Positions 38,593 to 48,040 of a DNA stretch of 64,000 nucleotides are shown piece by piece. A program made the translations under genes and the position numbers. Each line of letters begins with the position of its first letter. Position 1 is the stretch's first letter. Location of the stretch: the NCBI GenBank assembly GCA_963817525.1, contig CAWFOU010000007.1, positions 608,001-672,000 on the forward strand. Direction: 5' to 3'. Below the pieces are notes generated by a model. It did no database searches. It saw only the letters and a program-made list of their open reading frames with translations, and was not told the DNA's origin. The DNA is from an uncultured archaeon (lineage in GTDB: Archaea > Thermoproteota > Nitrososphaeria > Nitrososphaerales > Gagatemarchaeaceae).

Positions 38593-40881
38593 TTGAGCGG
38601 CATTTTCAGCAACTTGCTACAGAGTGCTCTGCGCCGCCCTACTGTGACACGGCGCAGCATGATGGCAGGGATGCTGCTAGTATCCGTCTTTGTTATCGCG
38701 ATGCTGATGAGGATGTTCCCCGCCCAGTACGGGCTGTACCTGAACGAGTTCGACCCGTACTACGACTACAAGGCCGCGAACTTCATCGTCACGTCGTTCG
38801 ACGCGAGCTGGGCTGCCGGCCAGGGCGGGTTCCCAGGGCTGTTGCACTATTTCTCCTGGATCGACTACACCACCTGGTTCCCCGAAGGCAGGAACGTCGC
38901 TGCCACCTCCCAGGACGGCCTCCAGTTCGCTGGAGCTCTCTCTTACCTCTTCTTCAGGAACATCTTCGGGCTGCCGTACAGCCTCTATGACTACCTCATC
39001 TTCTTCCCGGTCTTCGTCGGCTCGCTGACGGCCGTCGTCTTCTATTTCCTCGTGAAGCGCATCGCCGGCGAGGCGGGCGGCCTCTTCGCCGCGCTCATGA
39101 TAGCCGTCTCGCCTCCTCTCATCGAGAGGGGCAACCTCGGGTGGTTCAAGTCCGAGCCCCTGTGCATCTTCCTCTTCGCCATCGCAGCTTACGTCTTCCT
39201 GACCCTCCTGGACAGCCCCATGAGCAACAAGCAGAGGATCTTCCGCGCCCTCTTCGCGGGCCTGGTCGCAGGCTACGCCAACACGGCTTGGGGAGGCGGG
39301 CTGTACTTCACCGTCGCGTTCGCGTTCTTCTTCGTCGTGATGCCCTTCCTCAACTTCGACGTCCCCAACCTGTCGCTGGTGGCGCTGCTGTTCATGGCGG
39401 GGGACATCTTCGGGAGCGCGATCCTGCCCGGGACGTCCCACGGGACGGGGATTGTCACGAACCCCGCCGGCTTCGCGCTCATCGGGGGGACCCTCTTCTT
39501 GGTGGTGGGACAATGGATGAAGACGTGGGTAAAGCCGGCGGAATACAGGTGGACGATGCTGAAGGTGATGCTGGGCTTCGCGCTGGTCGCCCTCACGGTG
39601 CTGAGCTTCGGGCTGCTGTCCTCGCTTAGCCGCAGATATCTGTCGACCATCCTCCCTTGGACGAAGAGCTCCGACCCCCTGGTGGAGTCGGTCGCAGAGC
39701 AGGTCTTCCCACTAGGGTCGGACTACTTCTCATCGTACCTGGTACTCCTCTTCCTCGGGGTCTTCGGGGCCTATGTCGCATTCAAGCGGAAGAGCCCCGC
39801 GATAGGGTTCGCCCTCGTCATCGGCCTTTCGAGCCTCTACATCTCGGCGGCATTCTCGCGTCTGCTGGTATACTCTTCCATCGCCCTCGCAATCCTCGGG
39901 GGCATCGGGTTCGCGGAGGTGCTGTTCTCGCTATTGAAGCCCAGCGGGCCCACCCTCGTGAAGAGGAAGCCGACCTACTCCACGCAGAGCGAGATGCGGG
40001 CCGTCTATTCGATTGCGCTCATCGGCTTGCTCGCCTTCCCCGCGGCGATATTCTGGATACCCAATCCTGTCCCGTGCACAGGCTCGAACGTGCTCTGCGA
40101 CCAGAGCCCGGCCGACTACGGCGTTACCATCACCAACGGAGGGACGGTCTTCTCGCACTCGGAGATTCCTGACTGGTTCCAGGCCCTGGACTGGATAAAG
40201 ACGAACACCCCGTCGAACGCGGTGATCGTCTCTTGGTGGGACTATGGGTACTGGGTCAACGTGATGGGGAACAGGACCGTGGTCGCTGACAACGCGACGC
40301 TGAACGAGACCAGGATAGCAGAAATCGGCGAGATGTTCTTCCAGAACGTGACGGCGGGCGCACAGACGGCGCTGAGCCTCGGCCACGGTCGACCCACATA
40401 CGTCCTGATGTTCCTGACGGGGAGCGAGATCAGCATATCGGGCACGAGCTACTACGTCCTGCAGATACCCTCAGGGAACGGGTTCACCCCAGGAGGCGGG
40501 GACGAGAGCAAGAAGCAGTGGTTCATACTCATACCCGGATTGAACGAGTCTTCATACCTCTGGCCGAGCCCCGACGACTTCAACCTGACTCCGAACGGGC
40601 TCAACACGGTATTCGGGCAGATGCTGCCATTCCACTTTGCGGGATACTATGACATCTACAACTCATCTTCTAGCGTCACCCAAACCTACTCGCTAGATTC
40701 GAGTACCGGAGCGCCTCCAATCCAGCTCTTCGACGCCCCGTATTACTTCCAACTGAACGGAGCCGGGTCACCGTTCCAAATCGTGTTTCATTCGTCCAGC
40801 CTTGATTCCCCGCTGGCGTGCGGGTCCAACATCAGTTGCTTCAACACTGTGCTGATCTACAAGGTCAACCCTGACGCTTAG
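38593..40881 (+). CDS. aglB: Oligosaccharyltransferase AglB (STT3)
   Basis: EFDPY, SVAEQ, SWWDYG, DNAT, many TM helices. Confidence 0.93.
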   Translation: MSGIFSNLLQSALRRPTVTRRSMMAGMLLVSVFVIAMLMRMFPAQYGLYLNEFDPYYDYKAANFIVTSFDASWAAGQGGFPGLLHYFSWIDYTTWFPEGRNVAATSQDGLQFAGALSYLFFRNIFGLPYSLYDYLIFFPVFVGSLTAVVFYFLVKRIAGEAGGLFAALMIAVSPPLIERGNLGWFKSEPLCIFLFAIAAYVFLTLLDSPMSNKQRIFRALFAGLVAGYANTAWGGGLYFTVAFAFFFVVMPFLNFDVPNLSLVALLFMAGDIFGSAILPGTSHGTGIVTNPAGFALIGGTLFLVVGQWMKTWVKPAEYRWTMLKVMLGFALVALTVLSFGLLSSLSRRYLSTILPWTKSSDPLVESVAEQVFPLGSDYFSSYLVLLFLGVFGAYVAFKRKSPAIGFALVIGLSSLYISAAFSRLLVYSSIALAILGGIGFAEVLFSLLKPSGPTLVKRKPTYSTQSEMRAVYSIALIGLLAFPAAIFWIPNPVPCTGSNVLCDQSPADYGVTITNGGTVFSHSEIPDWFQALDWIKTNTPSNAVIVSWWDYGYWVNVMGNRTVVADNATLNETRIAEIGEMFFQNVTAGAQTALSLGHGRPTYVLMFLTGSEISISGTSYYVLQIPSGNGFTPGGGDESKKQWFILIPGLNESSYLWPSPDDFNLTPNGLNTVFGQMLPFHFAGYYDIYNSSSSVTQTYSLDSSTGAPPIQLFDAPYYFQLNGAGSPFQIVFHSSSLDSPLACGSNISCFNTVLIYKVNPDA

Positions 40882-41060
40882 GCCTGTGAATCTTGGGCCG
40901 GAGCCTTCTGGTAAGCTAGCGGGCTCCTGTATCTGGCGTACTTGTCGTCAGGAGAGTATTTCGCTGGGGCCGCCAGCTTCGTGGCCTCGCCGCAACTCGG
41001 ACACTTCGCCTCCATCGTGTACTTCGAGCACTTTGGGCACTTGAAGAGCAGATTCTTCAT
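40878..41060 (-). CDS. nop10: H/ACA RNP protein Nop10
   Basis: CPKC..YTM..CPSCG..PAKYSPDDKY. Confidence 0.92.
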   Translation of the reverse strand: MKNLLFKCPKCSKYTMEAKCPSCGEATKLAAPAKYSPDDKYARYRSPLAYQKAPAQDSQA

Positions 41061-41063
41061 TCC

Positions 41064-41864
41064 CTAGGCTCCGCCGCCGTACTTTCTAGACATCTCTCTC
41101 TTGCTGGTGAAGCTGCCGTGCTTCCCTATGGCCTCCTCCATCTTCTGGAGGACCGCCCCCATGACCTTGTCCGCCTGCTTGTAGTCGTCCGCCGTCACCC
41201 TCACCCTATAGCGAGGCGCCCCCACATAGGTCATCCTGATCTCGGCCGCGGAGGACGCGCCCAGCCCTGCGGCCAGCGCCTTTTTGATCTGCAGAATCCC
41301 GTCGGCCGCGTTCGAGCTCATCTCCACTATGGTCCCGACCTCGTATTTCGGCGAGGCTATCTTCTCTCTAGCGATGGTGACCATCTCGTTGACCACGTCC
41401 GCAGGGAAGCTCAAGGCGGCGAAGGTCTTCTCGCCCCTCTTCGCGGCGTCCTCAAGCGCCTCGTAGAGCGTGCCGTACTCCTGCTGTAGCTTGACGACCA
41501 CGTCGGAGAACTGCCTGTCGTCCATACCCAGTTTCTTCTGCACCATCGACAGTATGGTCATCGCCTTCTCCTTCTGCTTCCACTCGATCAGCTTGTTCCG
41601 CCTCTCCTCGTTTGTGACCTGCCTGAGCGAAAGGTCGACCTCCCTCCTCGACTTTTCTGCCCTCACCACCTTGAGCACTAGCTTCTGCCCCACCTTCGCG
41701 ACCCTCTCTATGTTCCTGACCCAGCCAGTGGAAATCTCCGAGATGTGGAGGAAACCGTTCATGCCGTTGTATTCGTCGAGGTCGACATAGATGCCGTGGG
41801 ACGTGATCTCCCTCACCGTACACAGCACGATGTCCCCTCTCTCCGGTAGCTCGCCTGTCTCCAT
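41064..41864 (-). CDS. eif2a: Translation initiation factor aIF2 alpha
   Basis: S1 domain LHISEISTGWVRNI; YVGAPRYR. Confidence 0.93.
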   Translation of the reverse strand: METGELPERGDIVLCTVREITSHGIYVDLDEYNGMNGFLHISEISTGWVRNIERVAKVGQKLVLKVVRAEKSRREVDLSLRQVTNEERRNKLIEWKQKEKAMTILSMVQKKLGMDDRQFSDVVVKLQQEYGTLYEALEDAAKRGEKTFAALSFPADVVNEMVTIAREKIASPKYEVGTIVEMSSNAADGILQIKKALAAGLGASSAAEIRMTYVGAPRYRVRVTADDYKQADKVMGAVLQKMEEAIGKHGSFTSKREMSRKYGGGA

Positions 41865-41907
41865 GTGGTAATCTACTCCCGCTGACCTTTGACGAGAAGG
41901 CCTGTTA

Positions 41908-42105
41908 TTAATCCAGTCTCTTAATCACCGGGGCGTCGACCTCTACCTTTCCCCCGGTCTTGCTGGCGAGCTTCCTTCCGCAGCCCCTGCACGTCACGTC
42001 CCTCGTGGACGCGGAGAACATAGACCTCTCCTCGCCGCAGTCAGGACACTTCACCAGGAGGAAGCTGCTCCTGGGCTTTGGTATGAACTCTCGCTCTCTC
42101 TTCAT
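41908..42105 (-). CDS. rps27e: Ribosomal protein S27e
   Basis: PRSSFLLVKCPDC...C..CG...TGGK. Confidence 0.93.
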   Translation of the reverse strand: MKREREFIPKPRSSFLLVKCPDCGEERSMFSASTRDVTCRGCGRKLASKTGGKVEVDAPVIKRLD

Positions 42106-42106
42106 G

Positions 42107-42385
42107 CTATTGCACTATCTCCGCCTTTCTTAGGCGTATCCCCTTCCGCATCTTTTCCTTGTTGCACTCCTTGCATTTGATTTTCAAGGTCGCCTTCTTG
42201 GTCGTCTTGGCTGTCCTGATGAGCTCGGGGAACTTCTGGCCTCCGTAGCCGCGCTTCCTGCCGGCCTGACGCCTGGCTCCCCACGAAGACGCCCGCTCCT
42301 TCCCCTTCTTGTAGAGCGACACCGAGTGTAGGGTGTGCTTCTTGCACGAAGGGCAGAACGTGTTTAATTCTTTTGGAATCTTCAT
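42107..42385 (-). CDS. rpl44e: Ribosomal protein L44e
   Basis: MKIPK..TFCP.CKKHT, GYGGQK, KTTKK. Confidence 0.95.
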   Translation of the reverse strand: MKIPKELNTFCPSCKKHTLHSVSLYKKGKERASSWGARRQAGRKRGYGGQKFPELIRTAKTTKKATLKIKCKECNKEKMRKGIRLRKAEIVQ

Positions 42386-42453
42386 CCTTTCGCCGGCTTA
42401 CAAAACCTTCGAATATTCCCTCTTTAAAAGCATCGCTAATCTTACCGAGCCAG

Positions 42454-43134
42454 CTAGTCCGAATCTGGAGTCCTTGGTTTTGATTCGGCAGGACTCCACC
42501 AATTGTCGAGATTCGGTTTGAGGCTTGCCATGAGGTCTGCTGGAGGCTCGAACTTCAGCTGATAGACCTTGCCCTCTGGTCCCCGCTGCGACGAGAGAAC
42601 GGAGTACACGTTAGCGGCGAAACGCATCACGGCTTCCGGTTCAGTTCTCCATTTTGCCTCGACTAGCGACACCTCCGACCGCTTGTGGAAAATCGGAGGG
42701 ATATCAAAGAAAGTTCCCAGGACCGCCCTCGCCCGAATGTCATCGTTGCTCAGGATTCCTATGGTGAAGTATTTTGGTTGACCGTCTTTCGCTGCACCGT
42801 TTCCCAAATTCATCACAATATGTACGCAAGCCAGAATCCCTTGCTCTTGGTCAAACTTCCTGATCATGACGTAGCCAGACGGTTTGTCGTCCTGCCCTTC
42901 GGTCGCCGGAAGGAACCAGATGCGCATCCTGTCCTTGGACGCGTCCCATTCGCCCCGTGCGAGGAGATTAAGGTCTAAGTCTACCGGCGAGAATGGGACG
43001 GACGCAACCAACGAATAGACACGCGGCCTCTCTCCACGGAGGTAGCCTTCCAACTGGACCCTCAACTCTGACGACCTCCCCAAAAGGCGGAAGGAGAACT
43101 TAAGCGCCCATTCGGCAAAGAGATCTCGCGACAA
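42454..43134 (-). CDS. Hypothetical protein (226 aa), family not recognised
   Basis: Long ORF filling the gap between rpl44e and PCNA. Confidence 0.6.
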   Translation of the reverse strand: MSRDLFAEWALKFSFRLLGRSSELRVQLEGYLRGERPRVYSLVASVPFSPVDLDLNLLARGEWDASKDRMRIWFLPATEGQDDKPSGYVMIRKFDQEQGILACVHIVMNLGNGAAKDGQPKYFTIGILSNDDIRARAVLGTFFDIPPIFHKRSEVSLVEAKWRTEPEAVMRFAANVYSVLSSQRGPEGKVYQLKFEPPADLMASLKPNLDNWWSPAESKPRTPDSD

Positions 43135-43194
43135 ACCGAGAGCATCTTTATTATCGGTCCTAATGCAACCGAGGGAAGGCGAGCACCACCAAGC

Positions 43195-43950
43195 ATGTTT
43201 TTCGCGAAGACTGCAGGCTCACAAGAGTGGAAGGCTGTTGCAGCGGCGATAAAGACGCTCGTGGAGGAGGCGACCTTCGAGGTCTCTAGCGAGGGCCTAG
43301 TCTTCAGGGCAATGGACCCTTCTCACATCGCACTCGTGGATCTCAATTGGCCAAACTCTGCGTTCGAGAAATTCGAGTGCGACAAGCCGACCAAATTCAC
43401 GCTAAGGGTGGAAGACTTTGTGAAGCTGATCGCGAGGACTGATGCCAAGGACAGCGTGGAGATAGCCTCCAGCGAAGATGACGCGCTCACGCTCAGGCTG
43501 ATGAACGGATACAAGCGCGAGTTCAAGGTCCACCTGATTGAGACGACACCGGGCACCGCTCCCCTCCCAAAATTGGACCTCGACGTCAAGCTGACCATGA
43601 GCAAGAGCGTGTTCGAGAAGGTCCTTGGGGACATCTCGGTTGTGGCAGACCAAGTCATGATATCCTCACTAAAGGAGGGGGTCTCTTTCTCCGGAAAGAG
43701 CGACGTGGGAGCAGCCACCATACAGCTAGACAAGGGCGGCGCGGATGTACTTGACCTGCAGGTGAAGCTGGAAGCGAAGGCAAGCTACAACATCGATTAT
43801 CTTTTAGGGATCGCAAAGGCAGTAGGCTCAGCATCAGATACGGTAGTGATAGAGTACTCATCTAAGAAGCCTTGCAGGCTCCAATTTCGCCTCAATGAGC
43901 AAGGTGCGCAGATTTTCTACTTCCTCGCACCTCGCATCCAAGAGAATTAG
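43195..43950 (+). CDS. pcn: DNA sliding clamp PCNA
   Basis: RAMDPSHIALVD, FLAPR. Confidence 0.95.
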   Translation: MFFAKTAGSQEWKAVAAAIKTLVEEATFEVSSEGLVFRAMDPSHIALVDLNWPNSAFEKFECDKPTKFTLRVEDFVKLIARTDAKDSVEIASSEDDALTLRLMNGYKREFKVHLIETTPGTAPLPKLDLDVKLTMSKSVFEKVLGDISVVADQVMISSLKEGVSFSGKSDVGAATIQLDKGGADVLDLQVKLEAKASYNIDYLLGIAKAVGSASDTVVIEYSSKKPCRLQFRLNEQGAQIFYFLAPRIQEN

Positions 43951-44157
43951 TCCCGTTTCCTAAAATAAGCTCAAATCTTGTCTTGCCATACTCTTCCTTT
44001 ACAATTTAGCTTCTTTAATGTATTGTAGATGTAGCCGAGTTTTTTCGCAATAACTTGGGTCGACTTGTTCGAGCCCCAAAAAGGTCCACCGTCGAGGATA
44101 AGAGAACTAGTCTGCCCCTCACTATTCTTATAATCGACGGCCCGTCGAAGCAACCTC

Positions 44158-45243
44158 TTGTCCGTGAGCAGCCCCAAGCCCGAGACCGGCCCCTCCCATG
44201 CGGACGAGAAGAGCACCGCGTTCCTGAGGAGGACCTTCCGGGAGCACTACTTCAGGCACCACGACGACGTCGAGGTCCCCACCATGATCGAGAAAAGGGA
44301 GTTCGGATACATCCCGTTCGGGAAGGGGATGGTGAGGCACCTCTCCTACAAGTCCTCGGGCGAGCTGGCGGCCGACCTGGTGAAGCAGGCCCCGTCGTCG
44401 GCCTTCTGCTCCAACGGGGTCTACTCCGACCCGAGACTGCCGATGGACGAGAAGGGATGGAAGGGCGCCGAGCTGATCTTCGACATAGACTCGAGCTCGA
44501 TCCCCACGCCCTGCAGGAGCAAGCACAGCTTCTGGACGTGCAAGAGCTGCGGCAAGGTCACCCGGTCGGCAGAGAGGCCGGCGCGCTGCCCGAGGTGCGA
44601 GGGGACCAACACGACACAGCTTCACTGGAGCTGCGCGGAGTGCCTGGAGGCCACCAAGGAACACGCCTCCCGGCTGATAGGCTTCCTGACCGACGACTTC
44701 GGGGTCCCGAGCGCGAGCATCAGCGTGTACTTCTCAGGGAACAGGGGGTATCACCTCCACGTGCAGGACGAGAGGTTCGAGGGGCTGGACTCCCCAGCCC
44801 GCGCGGAGATTGCGAACTACATCAGGGGCACCGGCCTGTCTCTCCCGCAAGTGTCCGACTACTTGCCCGCCGTGGGCTGGGCGGGGAGGATAGCCGCCGG
44901 CGGCGACAAGGACCGCCCGAAGCTGGCGCATGTGGTCGACTCGTTCGGCTCCAATATCGACGAGTCCGTCACAACCGATATACACCGGATTTTCCGCATG
45001 CCTGGGACGTTGCACGGCAACTCCGGGTTGCTGAAGATGAGGGTCCACGACCTGCGCGCGTTCAGGCCGGACTACGACCCAGTGGTTCTCGGAGACGACG
45101 AGGTCACCCTTTCAGTGCAGGGCGCGCCCGCGTTCAGCCTAAAGGGGAGGACGTTCGGGCCGTACTCGTCCGAGGAGCCCGAGCTCCCTACGTACGCCGC
45201 CGTCTACCTGATGACCAAGGGGCTAGGGAAGGTCCTCGAGTAG
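44158..45243 (+). CDS. priS: DNA primase small subunit
   Basis: REFG, ELIFDID, FSGNRGYH, IDESVTTDIHRIFRMPGTLH; Zn insert. Confidence 0.93.
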   Translation: MSVSSPKPETGPSHADEKSTAFLRRTFREHYFRHHDDVEVPTMIEKREFGYIPFGKGMVRHLSYKSSGELAADLVKQAPSSAFCSNGVYSDPRLPMDEKGWKGAELIFDIDSSSIPTPCRSKHSFWTCKSCGKVTRSAERPARCPRCEGTNTTQLHWSCAECLEATKEHASRLIGFLTDDFGVPSASISVYFSGNRGYHLHVQDERFEGLDSPARAEIANYIRGTGLSLPQVSDYLPAVGWAGRIAAGGDKDRPKLAHVVDSFGSNIDESVTTDIHRIFRMPGTLHGNSGLLKMRVHDLRAFRPDYDPVVLGDDEVTLSVQGAPAFSLKGRTFGPYSSEEPELPTYAAVYLMTKGLGKVLE

Positions 45244-45825
45244 ATGGAGAACATACCAACCGTGGAGAGGCTGAGGCAGGTCCTGCAGTCCGAGGAGGCC
45301 TCTGAGGAGCTCACCGTGATCCCTCCGGACACCTACGTACGACTGAGCAGCTACGCCCAGAAACTCCGTGCGACCATAGGGTCGGGCAACGACGACATCC
45401 CAGGGCGCATCGCAAGGAAGCAGCTCTGGCTGATCGAGGTGATGACGAGGCGGCTCCTCCAGCTTCGCCTGAGCAAGGCGCGGAGGAAGACCCCCCAGGA
45501 GGGGCAGCCCGCGCGCCCCTCAAAGAACCTCCTGCCCGAGGAGGCCTACATAGACGACGTGCTGCAGCAGTCCGTAAGGAAGGAGGAGAGGTTCCTAAAG
45601 GCGGTCGTGGACGGGCAGCCATCCTTCTTCACGCTCGTGCAGAGGGGGGAGACGCAGAGGATGACCACGGTGAGGATCTCGAAGCGCGTCGGCGAGATAA
45701 TAGGTGCAGATCTGAAGAGATACGGGCCCTTCGAGGTGAACGACGTGGCGAGGATCCCGATGGGGAACGCCCAGGCGATGGTCGCGGGTAGCCAGGCAGT
45801 GCCTATCTCAGGCGACGAGCTCTAA
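45244..45825 (+). CDS. GINS subunit (Gins15/51-like)
   Basis: RL.K..NLLPEE..Y; IIGADLKRYGPF; follows priS. Confidence 0.85.
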   Translation: MENIPTVERLRQVLQSEEASEELTVIPPDTYVRLSSYAQKLRATIGSGNDDIPGRIARKQLWLIEVMTRRLLQLRLSKARRKTPQEGQPARPSKNLLPEEAYIDDVLQQSVRKEERFLKAVVDGQPSFFTLVQRGETQRMTTVRISKRVGEIIGADLKRYGPFEVNDVARIPMGNAQAMVAGSQAVPISGDEL

Positions 45826-45875
45826 GAGTCTAATGGGCGCTTAAATCCAGTACGCAACTTCAAACCCGGACACCA

Positions 45876-47084
45876 ATGATACGAGCCTACTCATTTCGCT
45901 TTTACCCAACTTCAAAGCAATCTCAGAGGCTCGAAGAGACGCTTGAACTGTGCCGATTACTCTACAACGCCGCGCTAGAGCAACGCAGGTATGCCCGCGG
46001 CCTAGGGCAACCAATCTCCTACCACATCCAGCAAAACCAACTCCCCGAATTGCAGGAGGTACTGGAGGGGTTCAAGCAGGTTTACTCGCAAGTCTTGCAA
46101 AACGTGTTACGGAGGGTCGATTTTGCCTTCAAGAACTTCTTTGACAGGTGTTCGAGGAGAAAGAAAGGCGAGCGAATCAATGCCGGATATCCTAGATTCA
46201 AACCCTCCTGGAGATACAACTCGTTCACGTATCCGCAAGATGGCTTCAAGATACTGCCCTCCGGCCATATCTTGCTCTCGAAAATCGGAAAGCTGAGGGT
46301 CTTCATGCACAGGAGGATTGCGGGGGAAATCAAGACCCTCACTCTGAAGCGCGATCAAGTCGGAGACTGGTTTGTGGTAATCACTACTAGGCTTGCGGAA
46401 GTCCCACCAATTCAACCAACGTCTGCGCTAGGAGTCGACGTCGGCTTGAAAAGCCTGGTCACGTTGAGCTCCGGCGAACAAACAGAAGCACCGAAGTTCT
46501 TGAGAGTATCTGAACTGAAGTTGACTCGGGCCCAGAGAGCTTTCAGCCGCAAGCTTCCCGGATCTAACAATAGAAAGAAGGCCCGTCTCAAACTGGCCAA
46601 GATTCACAGGAAGATTGCACGACAAAGGGGCGACTTTCTGCACAAGCTTTCGAGGAATCTTGTCCGCAAGACCGACCTGCTGATTTTCGAAAACCTCCAC
46701 ATACCGAACATGACCAAGAACCAAAAGCTGGCGAAGTCAATACATGACGCTTCTTGGGGAACTTTGATTCGATACGCTTCTTACAAGGCTTCGAGCGCCG
46801 GTAGGAAAGTCGAGCAGATAGACCCGAGAGGCACAACGCAACGATGTTCAGGATGCAGAAGTAGCGTCAAGAAATCTCTGTCGGAGAGGGTTCATCGGTG
46901 TCCAATTTGTGGGCTCATCTTGGACAGGGACTTGAATGCGGCGCTTAACATCCTGGACGTAGGGAGGGGCACTCCCGAACTCAAGCCTGAGGAGACTCGG
47001 CCACCGCTTCCGATTTCCGGGAGCGAGCATCGAGTCGAGGAGGCAGGAAGCCCACGACTATTCGTGGGAGGATGTCACGAGTAG
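45876..47084 (+). CDS. tnpB: TnpB RNA-guided endonuclease (IS200/IS605 family), no tnpA
   Basis: RAYSFRFYP, LYNAAL, GYPRFK, RuvC GVDVG / IFENL / DRDLNAALNI, CSGC..CPIC. Confidence 0.95.
   Translation: MIRAYSFRFYPTSKQSQRLEETLELCRLLYNAALEQRRYARGLGQPISYHIQQNQLPELQEVLEGFKQVYSQVLQNVLRRVDFAFKNFFDRCSRRKKGERINAGYPRFKPSWRYNSFTYPQDGFKILPSGHILLSKIGKLRVFMHRRIAGEIKTLTLKRDQVGDWFVVITTRLAEVPPIQPTSALGVDVGLKSLVTLSSGEQTEAPKFLRVSELKLTRAQRAFSRKLPGSNNRKKARLKLAKIHRKIARQRGDFLHKLSRNLVRKTDLLIFENLHIPNMTKNQKLAKSIHDASWGTLIRYASYKASSAGRKVEQIDPRGTTQRCSGCRSSVKKSLSERVHRCPICGLILDRDLNAALNILDVGRGTPELKPEETRPPLPISGSEHRVEEAGSPRLFVGGCHE
47040..47078 (+). mobile_element. IS605-type right end / omegaRNA 3' scaffold: hairpin CCCACGA-CTAT-TCGTGGG, ending GGATGTCAC
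   Basis: GGAAGCCCACGACTATTCGTGGGAGGATGTCAC resembles IS605/IS1341 right ends. Confidence 0.75.
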
Positions 47085-47422
47085 CTACGCCAGGTGTGAT
47101 TGCACTTGAGGCAGCGGTAGAACTGGGTCGGTGGCTCGTCCCCGCTCCTGGTCTGCAAGAACCACCAGTTGGCCTCGTCGTGCCCGCACTTTGGGCACTC
47201 TATCTTGGTCGTGGGGAGCGTCGACAGCTTGCTCTCCTTCTCTCCCACGACTTTTATCGTCGGCACCTCCGAGTACTCCTCTTCGTTGGCCTGGGTGACC
47301 GTCTTGCCCGCCTTGTCAGAATAGCCGCAATTGTCACAGAGGAGGGTGATCGTAGCCCCGCCCTTCTCCGCCTTTACTTGCTTGAGCTTTAGTCGAGTAC
47401 CACACTTGGGACAGAACTTCAC
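47075..47422 (-). CDS. tfs: Transcription factor S (TFS/RpoM)
   Basis: FCPKCG; CPKCGH..QTRSGDEP.TQFYRC. Confidence 0.93.
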   Translation of the reverse strand: MKFCPKCGTRLKLKQVKAEKGGATITLLCDNCGYSDKAGKTVTQANEEEYSEVPTIKVVGEKESKLSTLPTTKIECPKCGHDEANWWFLQTRSGDEPPTQFYRCLKCNHTWRSYS

Positions 47423-47706
47423 TCCGACCCACCACTGATGGCCTTGGTCACAGCGTCTAGCAGCTCGTGCGAGTTAGCCTGGGCCCTCTCGAGGCTCGCA
47501 ATCAGGGCCTTTTCGGGCTTTATCCGCTGGGCACGGACCTTCACTACTAGCTTCTTTATCAGAGGATGGGGAGGCAGGACGCCTGCGAACGTCACGTTCT
47601 TCTCGTCCAGCAGCTCGTGATGCACGATCTCTGCGAGCGAATAGTCTTCTCCCGTCACCTCGACGGTGAACTCTCTGTCCTCTTTCCGGGAGACTTGGAC
47701 CTGCAT
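47419..47706 (-). CDS. rpoL: RNA polymerase subunit Rpo11 (RpoL)
   Basis: GEDYSLAEIV..VTFAG..PHPL. Confidence 0.88.
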   Translation of the reverse strand: MQVQVSRKEDREFTVEVTGEDYSLAEIVHHELLDEKNVTFAGVLPPHPLIKKLVVKVRAQRIKPEKALIASLERAQANSHELLDAVTKAISGGSE

Positions 47707-47761
47707 CTGTTTTCGGAACCGGGCCGCTTCGGGTCGTTAATAAGGTATTATGCGTCTGAAG

Positions 47762-47953
47762 CTACCTAGTCTCCGCCTGGCTGCCGCCATTCGCCTTTCC
47801 TCTTCTCCTTGCCCTGCCTTCGGTGGCCTCAAGATGCTGCCTCTTTGCGCCCTCCAGGCAACGCCAGCAAATCAATCTCCCCTTGTGATAGTCCGCGGCG
47901 GGTCTCTTGAAGCAGAAGGTGCACATCTGGACAACCTTGACGGGGGGCGGCAA
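47762..47953 (-). CDS. Small Cys-rich hypothetical protein
   Basis: CTFC...ICWRC with basic tail; TATA upstream. Confidence 0.5.
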   Translation of the reverse strand: MPPPVKVVQMCTFCFKRPAADYHKGRLICWRCLEGAKRQHLEATEGRARRRGKANGGSQAETR

Positions 47954-48040
47954 TGGTCCGCCTAGATCAAGAGAAAATTCTAATTAAACGACCATGTCCA
48001 GACACCGACCAGGCAGAACCTGCGTCTTGAGGGCAAGCCT

